From a virus (taxonomy: Duplodnaviria > Caudoviricetes), in the IMG/VR virus record IMGVR_UViG_3300028591_000129, positions 40,811-104,810 of that record: a stretch of 64,000 nt of DNA. One strand, 5' to 3'. The translations under genes and the position numbers were made by a program. The notes under the pieces are model-generated. The model was not told the DNA's origin and did no database searches. It saw nothing but the letters and a program-made list of their open reading frames with translations. The stretch's first letter is position 1. The number at the start of each line of letters is the position of its first letter. This document shows, piece after piece, positions 39,983 through 51,542 of the stretch.

Positions 39983-40629
39983 TAGAACGCCTCACGTCTG
40001 CTTGAATTACCTGCGGGTGTGCGTCTCTGATACTGCTGTCCGCCACCTTCATTAGCCTCGCGTGTGTTACCGTTACTCGGGAAACTTCCGCTGTTAAGGT
40101 AAGCATTCATTTCCTCGGCTGTCTTGACCATTACGACTGTGCCTACGGGGTTCTGAACGTCGAAGTCATTAAGGGATACACCCTCTGTCTTCTCTTCCTC
40201 ATAAATCTCGTAAGAAGTCTGCTGATAGCCTGCCTTACCGTGTCTCTCGATTGTGAACACGTGAGAATAAGTGTCGGGGTATCTCGAACAGATAGACGAA
40301 AGCTTACTGCCGAAGTCCTTACCTCTCTCCCAAATCTGCGTTGTGTTCGCGTCAATGTTGAAAAGCGGAATGAAGTACTTGATATTGACATACCTGCCCG
40401 CCTTACAGAACGGGCACGCGTCAACAGGGTCTCCATAGCCTCTCAAACAGTCTACCCAACGCTTCTTTCCGTCTACCTCACATTCGTGTACTGACTGCGG
40501 GTGAACGCTGTCTGCACCGTTGTACAGGATACGTACTCTTGCTGTGTCAAGGTCATTCTTAAGACGGAAAAAACCGCCACCGCCCTGTCCACCAATACTG
40601 TCTGCCTGACTGATACTAAAACTCGCCAT
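39982..40629 (-). CDS. phage single-stranded DNA-binding protein (gp32-like)
   Basis: FFRLKND..ARVRIL, H...C...CPFC zinc ligands, QIWERG; directly upstream of the polymerase. Confidence 0.65.
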   Translation of the reverse strand: MASFSISQADSIGGQGGGGFFRLKNDLDTARVRILYNGADSVHPQSVHECEVDGKKRWVDCLRGYGDPVDACPFCKAGRYVNIKYFIPLFNIDANTTQIWERGKDFGSKLSSICSRYPDTYSHVFTIERHGKAGYQQTSYEIYEEEKTEGVSLNDFDVQNPVGTVVMVKTAEEMNAYLNSGSFPSNGNTREANEGGGQQYQRRTPAGNSSRREAF

Positions 40630-40679
40630 TTTCTTTTCTCCTTTCACGAGTGTTTTTATTTATTTGCCCTTATAGGGCT

Positions 40680-40754
40680 TGGCGGGGGTGACAGGAATTG
40701 AACCTGTGAGTAATGGAGTCAAAGACCATTGCCTTACCACTTGGCGACACCCCT
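40680..40754 (-). tRNA. tRNA-Gln(TTG)
   Basis: cloverleaf; anticodon loop CTTTGAC; T-loop TTCAATT; encoded CCA. Confidence 0.9.
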
Positions 40755-43700
40755 GTTATAAAATCAAGTGTTGTGAAGTTACTTGAATATTCTATCATAC
40801 ACAGCCTTAAACTGCTCTTCAGTCATTGTCTCTGTGTAAATAGCCATAAGCTCTTCAACAGTTGCTTCTTCCGTGATAATCTCGGCGTCACAAAAGCCAA
40901 GGTTCATATACTTGTCGTTGTCCTCAAGCATATCAAGCACGTTACGCTCGATTACCTTTCTCGGGACATACTTATTGCCAAGTGCGTTTACCTTGTAACC
41001 GACACCGTTTACTCTGCTCATTGTAATTCTCATTCTGATTACCTCGTCTTTCTATGAGTTTGTTTTACTCTTCCATTATAACAGAGTAACGAGTGTTGTC
41101 AATACCATTTTTAAGTATTTTCTGTTCCCGTCAGATTAGGACATTCGTTAGCTACCTCGAACTGCTTCTTTTCCCAACAAGACGAGCAAATATCGCTCTT
41201 TCCGACTACCCTGCCGTTCTCCAAGTTACGGTACACGGTAAAGTAATCCCCCTTGCATTCCTGCTTGCATACGTCACACTTACATACGTTATAAATCATA
41301 CCGTTTTCCCCTTTTTAGCTTCAACTTCCTGTCTTGCGTCACTCAACAATCTGTCGTACAGACTATCCATAAACGAATGGTCAATCGTCATATAAACGTG
41401 CGTTCTATCGTCTTCCCTGCGTGATTTTACTGCACACCACATACCCACATAATCATAGTATGACTTCATAAAGATAAATTCATTTGGGTATTCCTCACGC
41501 AATGCTTCACGCACCTTGGTCACATAATCAAAATAAACCGCACGAAACATACTATTAGCCACTTCACGCACATAGTTAGCAAGAAACTTATAGTTGTAAC
41601 AGTCCCCCTCAAACTCAAAGCAAGTCACGCGTTTTTCTATCGCCTCGGTAATATCTGCACGGATACATTCACGCTGTCTGCTCCCTCTTTCCTTACGGCT
41701 CTCGGGTATACTATCCATTGCCCTAATGCTCACTTCGCTTCCCCCTTACCCATTTCAGCACCACAATGCTTACAGAATTTATCAAGTTTACCCCCTCTAC
41801 CATTACATATAGAACATCTGTATTCATCGGGTTCGTATTGTGGAAAACTTGAATGAAATGTGCAGTTCCACTCGCCTTGCGGTCTTGCCTCTACTGTTGG
41901 GGCATTTGCTATCTGACTTTGACTTATCGCCAAAGCTCCATTTTTAGTCATACAGTCGGGGTATATTTTATCTGCGTTAATTAACCTCATTCTCTGCCCC
42001 CTCTCTCCCTCTCTATGCAGGCGTAATATCTCCAAGTGCGATATAAGGCTCTTGATATAGGCTTTCTCGTAGTCTTGTCTTTTCTTTCTATCGCCAAGCA
42101 CTCAAGGAATGTTCTAATTGCATTTTCAGCACTTACCTTTCTATACCAAATCATTCTCGTCACCCTCGTCAAAGCCTAACCACTCATTCTCGGATATAAC
42201 ACCTGCGATATATTGCATATCTTCTGTGGTAATTACCTGACCTTTACTCTGTAATACTGCGATAAGTCTTTTCATATCTTCACTCATTCTTCTTCTCCTT
42301 TCCTCTCATATCAGCTCCGCACCAATGACAAAATGGATAATACTCGTATTTATAGCCGAAGCCTGTGTCATGACTTATAAGTCTTGTTCTATTGCCACAT
42401 TCGGAACACTCTGCCGTCTTATAGCCTATGTCTATACTATGCTTATTTATCCACTCGCCTTGCGGTCTATCTTCATATGGTGTGCCATTTGCGATAATAG
42501 CTTCTGCAACTTGAGCAATACCTTGTTTCCGCAACCGCTTACACTCATTGTAATAATCTTCAGGAATATCAATTACTATCTTCATTCTCATCCTCCTTAT
42601 AAGGTTTTGGTAAGAATTGCCAAGCAATTATTTCTGTGCCCTTTAGTTCCTCACCACCAAATGTCCAAACGTCGTCAGATAAACGCCTCGCTATATCAAT
42701 ACCTATATAACCTCTACTAACATTCTTTCCTGTCACAAGGTACATTCCACCGACAGCAGGTTCTTGCTCACTAACAGGAATCCACTCGCCTGTCTTTCTT
42801 TTCTCACAACCACGAAGTAGATTGATTGCAAATCTGACAGATTGCTTATCCTTATCATCTGTTAGGTTTTCTAACATTTTCTCCAACTTTGTTATTTCTG
42901 CTTCCGTATCAATTACTATTTTTGCCATTCTCTGCCTCCTTATCATAATCGCTCAGAAAATCCTTCAACAACTCGTAGCACTTGGGACAAAGGTCAAGGT
43001 CTGTTCTCCCTTTACGAGCAATATACGGCTCGCCATTCTGTAACACTCTCGGCTCAAAAATTCTCTTGCACTTATCACATTGAGTTACTTTACTCATTCT
43101 CTGCCTCCTTATCTGATTCTATGATTGTTGGTGCAATAAAATATTCTCGGAGATAACTCGAAAGCACCTCGGGTTTGTATGTACCAAAGCCTATAATATG
43201 TTCTCCATTTTCTTCATACTGGATTGAAAAATATGGTTTACCTCTATATTCGGGATATATGCATATTTCATCGGGCAGATATCTAACCACTATTTCCTCA
43301 AATCTTCTTCCGTGTCCTTTAGGAATAGGTGTGCCATTTGCTATTGCCTGTGCTATCATATCCATTCCTTCATCACCTAACATTGGCGGTCTTCCTTTGT
43401 ATCCTTCATAAAGTTCTTCGGGAATATCAATTGCTATCTTCATTCTCTGCCTCCTCTCATATCATTACCGCACTCCATACAGAATTTAGGTATGTAATCT
43501 CCTTCGCAATAGGTAGTATTCTCACAGAAGGGACAGATATAAGTATCATCATCGCCTTCGATATGTAACCACGCACCTCTCTCAACTATTCTTAATTTAG
43601 ATACATCGACCAAGTTACTACTTTTCTGTTCTTTCTTCCTATGATTCCGTTCTTGCTTCTGCATAGCGGTTTCATAGCCACAACGATAACCCTTTTTGTA

Positions 43701-45565
43701 ATCTTCACTTTTACCTTCAAGATTAGTTCTTTTACTCATTATCTGCCCCCTCATCTTGTGTCATTTTCGTACCACACCAATAACAATATCTTTGATACTT
43801 GATGTTTTCGTTGCCTGTAATTCGTGCCTTGCACACAGGACACATAAATGTATTCTTGCCGACCATTAACCAACGACTGATTAAATCACTACTCATTCTC
43901 TTTCTCCTTGAGAACTTGTATCGTTAATTTTACACCCATCGGGCATTACAAACGAATTTAAGCATTTATCACAATATATCCATTCCGCTTCAATAACTCG
44001 TTCGTGTATATCCTGCGGAACAAAAACATCTTTTTGTCCGTGATGTGATGATTTAATTTGTGCAAGTAATGTATGACACTTTTCACAAACTATCGTAGCT
44101 GTATATGAACTCACTATTAACACCGCCTTTCTTCCGTGATATACTATATTTGCATTTTATATGTGTTGCACTTCGCGTGTAATATTGATAGCATCCCTCT
44201 TGCAAATTTTATCGGGGATGCTATTTTCATTTAAGTAGGTCAGTAAACGCTCTCAACCCAATTTCTATAACTCGCTTAATATTTGCGATAAATTCGTTTA
44301 ACTCCTCGTTGCTCATATCTTCTAAAAAGTCGTAATCTTTCATATCGAGGTCGTAGGTACGGCTGATTAAATCATCACTCATTCTCTGCCCCTCTCATAT
44401 CTACCCCACAGTTAGGGCAGAAGTCAGATAAAACATATCCTTCGTCATTACAAAAAGGCTCTGTATGACATTCTGAACATTCGCACGGATATTTTGCTCC
44501 TTGCCCCTGATTTATCCAATGTCCTTGCGGTCTTTCAAACTTAGCCTTAGCCATTTCATAGCCGAGCTTAAAGCTTTCGTCAATCGCAAATTTAATGTCC
44601 TCACCTGTGAATTTAATGTCCTCGTTTGTGCTATCTTCTTTTGTCGTATCGCACTTTCCTTTAGACACACAGCTCTCACACCACGAAGCGTCATTGCCAC
44701 AATATGACGTGTTTTTCTGTGAGAAATCTATCGTGGGTATACTGTCGATAACCTTCTCCCATAATGGCGTAAGGGTATCAGGAAAGTCACAATTTAGCGC
44801 ACAATAAAGCTTTTTATTAGGGCAAATATCGCACACTCGGCAATTAGCAATAAATTCCTTTAGTGCATTCGCGTCTATTAATCTCACGTTCTCTTGCATA
44901 TCAACCACCATAATCTGTACCAATTATTGACGGCGGATAGTACGTCAGTCTCACCGTTGGTCGCTGTGCATTGTACCTATACTCCACCTGCGCTTCAACA
45001 ATATCCTTAAGCGGAATAATAAGACAATCTTCGCCGTTGTATGTTCCCTGACTGCCATATGTTATCGGAAAATTACTCATTATTGTCCACCTCTTTAACG
45101 CCTAAAAACTCAAGTGCTGTGTGCATACATTCAGGGCACAGGTCAAATGCGAGACAATTACATATCCCGTCATTGTCACTTCGCTGAAAAAGCCTTACAC
45201 CGTTTACAGTCTTGTAAGTACCTGCACCTCTCTTGATACGCATAAAGTAAACGTCGTAATAGTTACCGCACTTATCACATTTTCTTGCTAACACCGAAAT
45301 CGCCCCCTAAACCGTCGTTGAACCTTGCAACGAATTCCTCAACTGCCTGCTTCTTCTCATACGCGAGCAGTGTGTCAATGTGCCCCTTGCTAAGGTAAAC
45401 ACTCTCACCGTTCTCAAGCGTGCATACAGGGCGTATTACAGGCTTAATCCGCACTGCTCTTGTGTCCCCTCTCAACCCTGTCAGCACAAGTGTAAGTTGG
45501 TCAGGGTCGTCACGCCTGAAGTATTGTAAAAAATCGTCGTCAAATACTGCTATGTATTTCATATC

Positions 45566-46075
45566 TTACTCCCCAATCTTGTACGGCAAGCTCGGTTCTG
45601 CCTCGCTGAAGTAATTACCGCCAATGCAGGCATACCCTTGATAATACGAGCCGTTAGCATATCCGACACAATTGAAAAAGAGTAACCACGGGTATTCCTC
45701 ACCGCTGTTTATCCACTCGACAGCCTCGATAACAGCTTGGTCTGATAAGTCCGTTCTGTTCGTTACGGCTGACCCCCCACGCACGGTGGAAAATTGACCA
45801 CTTTGGCACAGCACGTCTTGTATGGTATTCGGAAATCTCGTGTCCATTACACGACACAAAATACAAAGTGCGATATAGCGGCGGGCTTCCGTGCCCTCGT
45901 CAAATCGCCGGTTGCTCTCGCTCTCAACGACTGACGAAATGAGCACAAAATCTTCAACTGACATTTGTGCCATTTCTGCTCTTTCCTCAAGTGGTATTGC
46001 CTCGAACGGCACAGGTGCTTTAAACAGATTAATGCCTAAAGATACGATTGCCACGAGTGTGATTATTCTGTTCAT
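45566..46075 (-). CDS. SleB-like cell-wall hydrolase (Hydrolase_2)
   Basis: hydrophobic N-terminus, VVESE, RVMDTRFPNTIQDVLCQSGQFS, IGGNYF. Confidence 0.75.
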   Translation of the reverse strand: MNRIITLVAIVSLGINLFKAPVPFEAIPLEERAEMAQMSVEDFVLISSVVESESNRRFDEGTEARRYIALCILCRVMDTRFPNTIQDVLCQSGQFSTVRGGSAVTNRTDLSDQAVIEAVEWINSGEEYPWLLFFNCVGYANGSYYQGYACIGGNYFSEAEPSLPYKIGE

Positions 46076-46090
46076 TTCTTGTTCTCTCCT

Positions 46091-46531
46091 TTACTCTGTG
46101 TCTCCTGACACACGCATATCTGCACCGCATTCCATACAGAATTTAGGTACGTAATCTCCTTCACAATAAGTAGCGGTTTTACAAAAAGGACAAATGTATG
46201 TATCGTCGTCACCCTCAATATGAAGCCACTCCCCTTTATTTGGGTGTACGTGATAATGGTCTTTCTTCCACATAAGATTTTCAACGTGATTATTCTTGGG
46301 GTTTTTATCCTTATGAACAACGTATGTTTGATAATCTTCGTGTGGTAAGAATGCCTCAGCAACTAATGTATGTACCCCGCGTTTCTTTCCGTCAAGACTT
46401 ACACACAGATAAGCACGTTTTGTCCCACCAAGGAACTGCTTGAGTATTCTGCCTGTCTTGTTATTACGCACCTGTCCGTCTGTACTTACGCTATACTTAG
46501 GGTGTGCACCCACTTCTCTCCATTCACTCAT
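46091..46531 (-). CDS. NUMOD4/HNH endonuclease fused to a zinc-ribbon module
   Basis: YSVSTDGQVR, VHTLVAEAF, VVHKDKNPKNNHVENLMW. Confidence 0.75.
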   Translation of the reverse strand: MSEWREVGAHPKYSVSTDGQVRNNKTGRILKQFLGGTKRAYLCVSLDGKKRGVHTLVAEAFLPHEDYQTYVVHKDKNPKNNHVENLMWKKDHYHVHPNKGEWLHIEGDDDTYICPFCKTATYCEGDYVPKFCMECGADMRVSGDTE

Positions 46532-48442
46532 TCTCTGTCTCCCTGTTATCTGTGTTTTCTTTGGCTTTATTCAATAGCCATACAAGGGCTTTATTCATAG
46601 CTTCAAAGAAATCATTAACAAAGTAGGTTTCAATAAACCAGCAATCAGATTTATCTGAATAGTATTTGACTTTTACTACGGTCTTGTAATCCGTCAAATA
46701 ACGCTCGAAGAAAATATCAGTAACAACAAAATCGTGTACTTCCTTATCTCTCCAATATAAAAGCTGTACCGTGCTACCAATTTTAATATCGTTATTCATT
46801 CTCTGTCTCCTCTTGTTTGCAGATTTTCAAAATTCTCTTTGTTTGAATATCCTCGATTATCTTAATTATCTTGCACCCGAAGCGAACACGCTTATCACAC
46901 CACTCGCAACAATCGTTCAATTCACAGAATGCGTGCTTATAACCATATATCCTGCCACCAATATGTCTACCTTGTTCTAATTCTTCCCTTGTCATTTTCT
47001 GCCTCCTCACATATAGTCAGCCTTGCATTTCTTAATGCTGATAACAACTTCTGCTTCTCTTCTTCCGTATCACATTTAATTGTTATCTGTTCGGTTATAT
47101 TAGCTGTCGGGGCATTGTCGATAACCTTTAAAATCTTGTTATAAACGTCAATGGGGGATTTATCACGCATATATCTAATAAATCCTGTTGCTGTTATTCC
47201 GTGAAATATAGTCACTATTTCTTCCCTCAAAGCGTCAGCGTCAATTAATCTGCTCATTATCTGCCCCCCTATAAAACTCCATAAGCATATCTATTATCAT
47301 TAGGTCTTTAGGTGTTAAGTTCTTTCTCCATTTAATTCCATATTGAACATAACCTCTGTCTTTATAATCTTTCATTCTTCGTCACCTCTCATATCCGCCC
47401 CACAATTAGGGCAGAATTTAGTGTAATTGTTATTGTGCAGAAAGCACTCCGAGCATAAGAACCCGTCAGCATATGCGTTCTTCCACTTGCCTTGCGGTCT
47501 TTCTTCATAAGGTATCCCTTTAGAAACTGCGCCTAAAATGTGCTCTGCACCTAACCAATCTACTCCGTCATTCTTAAGTACATCAAGAGCCTTTTCAGGA
47601 ATATCAATTATCAGTTTCATTCTCTGCCTCCTTTATCCTTTATGAATACACCCTCATCATTGTCATACCCTTTACTATTACGAATGGTATCTATTTCAGA
47701 CCTCACTTCTTCATAAGCCTTAACAAACTCTGGGTTCTTTAACTGCTCATTTAAATAATCATTAAGTGTTTTCATCTTCATTCTCCTTCAATAATTGCTC
47801 TATTGCATCTAACTGCCTTCTCCATACATTGATACATTCTACTGAATGAAAATGCAGAACTATCGGGAAATCAACTCGTTCGGCTTCTTGTGGTACTTCT
47901 GTACCGACAGGGAAAGTGTTTGCGAGAGGTTCGATGACTATACTTGGAATATCATATACTGTTCCCGAAGCGACCGATACTTTTCCTTGACCCAAATGAA
48001 TCGATAAAGCCATTTTATTACTCATTCTTCTTTCTCCTTGTCGTCTTCAGATACGCCAAATACTCCCATATCGCGTAACCAATGCTTAATGCCGTCTGCT
48101 ATACCTGTAACGTCCAATGCAAATGTCATAAGGACTATGCATATAATGAATGTGATAAATAACTGTAATCCGCTCATTATCATTTTCCTTTCTATGAGTG
48201 CTTCAAGTGTTTCCGTCTCTCTTGTGATTATATCATAGTAACGATATAATGCAAGCTCTTTTTACACAACCCTTGTGTGATTGTACACCTTTTGTGGTTC
48301 AGGCTTCTCACCGAACTCAATGTTATCCAAGGCAACCAAAAGCTTAAGCCATTCCTCATACTCTGACTTCTCAAGGGTAAGCTTGACAATATCCCTGCCG
48401 TCATTCCATACAACAGGGGTAGCGTCCAATATCCTCAAAATC

Positions 48443-49150
48443 TTATGTGCCTGATAGCTTATATTCATTAAGCCTTTTCTCCAAGTCCTCTATTATGCTG
48501 TCGTCTATCCAAAAGATTGACCGTGTATTCTGTCCCTTATCTCTCTGCTTATTACAAACTGTTCCGCCTATGAGGTCGTCTATGTGATTAACAAGATTAG
48601 GTGCAAGGTTAAGTACGTCAGCGTATCCGTACCTATCGAACAACCATTCCTTAAAGATTAAGTCGTCTCCCTTGTTTCTGCGTACCCAACAACCGAAGTA
48701 ATCACTTTGCCATAGATTTAAGTTAGCCCAAGATACAAATTCCTCAAGTATCGTAGTCGGTATCCTTATGCAAGGAAAACTAAACCACAGCTTATCCTCG
48801 TGCACCTTAAATCTTCCCGCTTCAGGCATTTTATCATACGCACAAGTGAAACCGCAAATGATAGTGCTTGCAGGCTCAAACTCTTCAAGAGCACGTATAC
48901 GAACTTCAAAGTCCTTACAGATACATATGTCGTCCTGTAAGTGCCACACGCTCTGTATGCCGTTCTTAAGGCACATTCTGACAAGTCTGTTACTGCTGTC
49001 TACGAACGCCCTCAAATTGCCTATTCTGTTAATATCCTGATAGACAAAGATATGCTCGGGGTCAATGCCTTGCTCGACCATTGACGGCAACAGGAAGTCC
49101 TTTACGTACCACATACGGCTCGGACAAGTATGTATTATGAAATATGCCAT
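48443..49150 (-). CDS. GT-A fold glycosyltransferase-like protein
   Basis: IIHTCPSR, WHLQDD, GDD, PNLVNHID. Confidence 0.55.
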   Translation of the reverse strand: MAYFIIHTCPSRMWYVKDFLLPSMVEQGIDPEHIFVYQDINRIGNLRAFVDSSNRLVRMCLKNGIQSVWHLQDDICICKDFEVRIRALEEFEPASTIICGFTCAYDKMPEAGRFKVHEDKLWFSFPCIRIPTTILEEFVSWANLNLWQSDYFGCWVRRNKGDDLIFKEWLFDRYGYADVLNLAPNLVNHIDDLIGGTVCNKQRDKGQNTRSIFWIDDSIIEDLEKRLNEYKLSGT

Positions 49151-49827
49151 TCTTCTCCGCCCTCAAATTTCTTTATGTCTTCAGGAACGTCAATGTCGCA
49201 AGTATAGTCGTTAATCGTAATGTAGTTGGTGTAATCAATGTGGTTAAGCTCCGTACCCTTGATAACCTGCCACAACTCCCACGCGATAGGACTGCGTCTA
49301 AACGCTCCCTCTTCTGCATATTTCTCCGTCTTCCTGACAGCTTTCTCGAAGCCCTCAATGTCCACTACCTTGAACGCAAACGGCTCTGCCCACGGCTTGC
49401 TGTAATTACTCGCAAACGGCGGTGCTGACGCAAAGAAGTCAATGTCCTTTGTCTCCGTCTCGACTATCTTCTTGATAGCTTCAGGCGAATACACCACGTC
49501 ACCCATAAGGAATGTCGTACCAAGCTTATGTCGCATTCCGAAACAATCTAACCACAGACCGTTAGTCACGCGGTTAACTTCAGCAACCTCATAGTCATTA
49601 CCGCTAAGCCAATACGCCATAGGTAAGCCTGAAAAACGCTCTTCATTCGCACGCAGAATGTTTATAAGCTCATAGCTTGCTGTTATAAACATATCTTCGA
49701 GTGCCACGCCGTTCTCTTTGAGCAACCTGACTGTACGCTCAATAAGTGTCTCACCGTGTATCATTGAAAGCTGTTTAGGATACTTCCAATATTTATAACT
49801 ACCACCACACATTATGCAATACTTCAC
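49135..49827 (-). CDS. NTP-transferase (LicC/MobA-like nucleotidyltransferase)
   Basis: IMCGG...PKQL...GETLIERTVRLL, LMGDV, DIDVPED. Confidence 0.7.
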   Translation of the reverse strand: MKYCIMCGGSYKYWKYPKQLSMIHGETLIERTVRLLKENGVALEDMFITASYELINILRANEERFSGLPMAYWLSGNDYEVAEVNRVTNGLWLDCFGMRHKLGTTFLMGDVVYSPEAIKKIVETETKDIDFFASAPPFASNYSKPWAEPFAFKVVDIEGFEKAVRKTEKYAEEGAFRRSPIAWELWQVIKGTELNHIDYTNYITINDYTCDIDVPEDIKKFEGGEEWHIS

Positions 49828-50831
49828 GCAAACACCACCTCAAGGTTATTTATCTCTTCATCTGTCAACTCGCCTATGTCTTTCTTTCCGCTCGGTATCA
49901 CAAACTCGTCTATAAGTTTATTCCGAACGGCTCTTCTTATCTTCACCGCTCCTGCACGTCCCGCGTCGTCATTATCCAACCCAAGTATTAACTGACGTGT
50001 CGGTAATGCCTTTAGCTGTGACATTTGGTAGTCACTGAAAAGACAACCAAATCCTGCAACTGCAAGCTTACCGTTACACCAAAGGCGTAAGCAATCAAAC
50101 AACCCCTCACACACGCATACGGGCTCGGGGTACGTACTTCGCTTACCGTACTTTTCCTCTAACGCGTGAATGCACTCATACAGACCATATAACGGCTTCT
50201 CTATGCCTTTAGGAATATCAAAACGCTTACTGCCGACGGCACGACGAGCAACAAAAAGACAAGTGCCCTCGATACCTTTAACGGGAAACGTAATGTCACC
50301 ACGAACAGGGTCATACCCAAGGTCAAAAAGCTCAATAATGCTATCATTTAACCCCCTCTTGTACAGATACTCGTGTGTGTACCTGTAACTGTCCAACTCT
50401 TCCTCGCTTACGGCGAGCAAAGGTTGATTAGGATTATTATAGCCCAAAACAGTATTCTTATCGGCAACGTTAGCACGCGCCACATTAATTTCAATAGCAA
50501 CACGGTCACTCACCCCCACTGATAAAAAATTCTGTGTTAACCAATGGTAGCCCCAATTACGGTCTTCGTATCCGAAACACCTCGCGATTAGCCTGTCTAA
50601 ACCCATTGTCTCATCACACGCCAAGCAATGCGAAACACCGTCGGCTTTACGGATACCCATACTCGGTTTACTCTCCTGACCGTCCTTATGGAATGGACAG
50701 CATACCATTATGTCGTCACCACAATCGTTTATCTTCGCAAAGCGCTTTATTCCGTTCTCGGCTAACTGCCTGCGAAGTTCTACCAATATGTCCATAAGGT
50801 CAACCGTGAAGATTGTTCCGTTAATCAGCAT
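49824..50831 (-). CDS. dnaG: DNA primase (CHC2 zinc finger and TOPRIM)
   Basis: CPFHKD...HCLAC, VCEGLFD, LGLDNDDAG. Confidence 0.9.
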   Translation of the reverse strand: MLINGTIFTVDLMDILVELRRQLAENGIKRFAKINDCGDDIMVCCPFHKDGQESKPSMGIRKADGVSHCLACDETMGLDRLIARCFGYEDRNWGYHWLTQNFLSVGVSDRVAIEINVARANVADKNTVLGYNNPNQPLLAVSEEELDSYRYTHEYLYKRGLNDSIIELFDLGYDPVRGDITFPVKGIEGTCLFVARRAVGSKRFDIPKGIEKPLYGLYECIHALEEKYGKRSTYPEPVCVCEGLFDCLRLWCNGKLAVAGFGCLFSDYQMSQLKALPTRQLILGLDNDDAGRAGAVKIRRAVRNKLIDEFVIPSGKKDIGELTDEEINNLEVVFA

Positions 50832-50942
50832 TGTTATTCCTCCTCGGATAAGTAGAATGCCAACCAACTTAAATAAGCTTTAGCAAGCTCGGCACAAATC
50901 TGTGCTATATCCGCCCTGCTCAACTTATTCTCCGTGAACACA

Positions 50943-51542
50943 TTAATGCTTTCCTGCGTTATCCTGTTCACTAACAGCTTCCGCTCCCGAGAGTTCATTA
51001 TTAAACACCCCCTCTATCTGTCTGTATTCGTCATAGCTTACTGCACCGTATATGAGTTCCATAGGGTCTCCTGTCCCACACTTAATTGCGTCGTGGAATG
51101 CAGAAAACACGTCATACGATACTTTACCATAAAGCATACTAAACAGGGTAGCTTCTTGCTCACTCGTCGTATTCGTACGTGCAACGATAACCTCTGCCTC
51201 AATCTCTTTCGGCTTTGTATTATCAACACGCCTGAAGAACGCGTCCTTTTTCTCGACTTCCATAGCTCCGCTCTTTGCTACCTGCTTCGCTGTGCGGTGC
51301 TCGCTTACCCATTCCTTATGGTCTTCCGCGAAGTGTGCCTTACCCTCGTCAAAGTCAACGTCAAAGAAGTTACACAGCTTCTCGATTACGCCGTCACTCG
51401 GCATAACCTGACCACTGAAGTATCCACCCCAACTCGAAGACCCTATATCGTCAAAAGCACTCACCAAGTCCTTATAACGGATATTGCACTCAACACGCTT
51501 CCTGTTCCACCAAGTAACCTTGCGCATACCTGAAAATGACAT
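50943..51542 (-). CDS. XRE-like HTH protein
   Basis: YKDLVSAF...GYFSGQVMPSDGVIEKLCNFFDV resembles the XRE helix pattern. Confidence 0.5.
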   Translation of the reverse strand: MSFSGMRKVTWWNRKRVECNIRYKDLVSAFDDIGSSSWGGYFSGQVMPSDGVIEKLCNFFDVDFDEGKAHFAEDHKEWVSEHRTAKQVAKSGAMEVEKKDAFFRRVDNTKPKEIEAEVIVARTNTTSEQEATLFSMLYGKVSYDVFSAFHDAIKCGTGDPMELIYGAVSYDEYRQIEGVFNNELSGAEAVSEQDNAGKH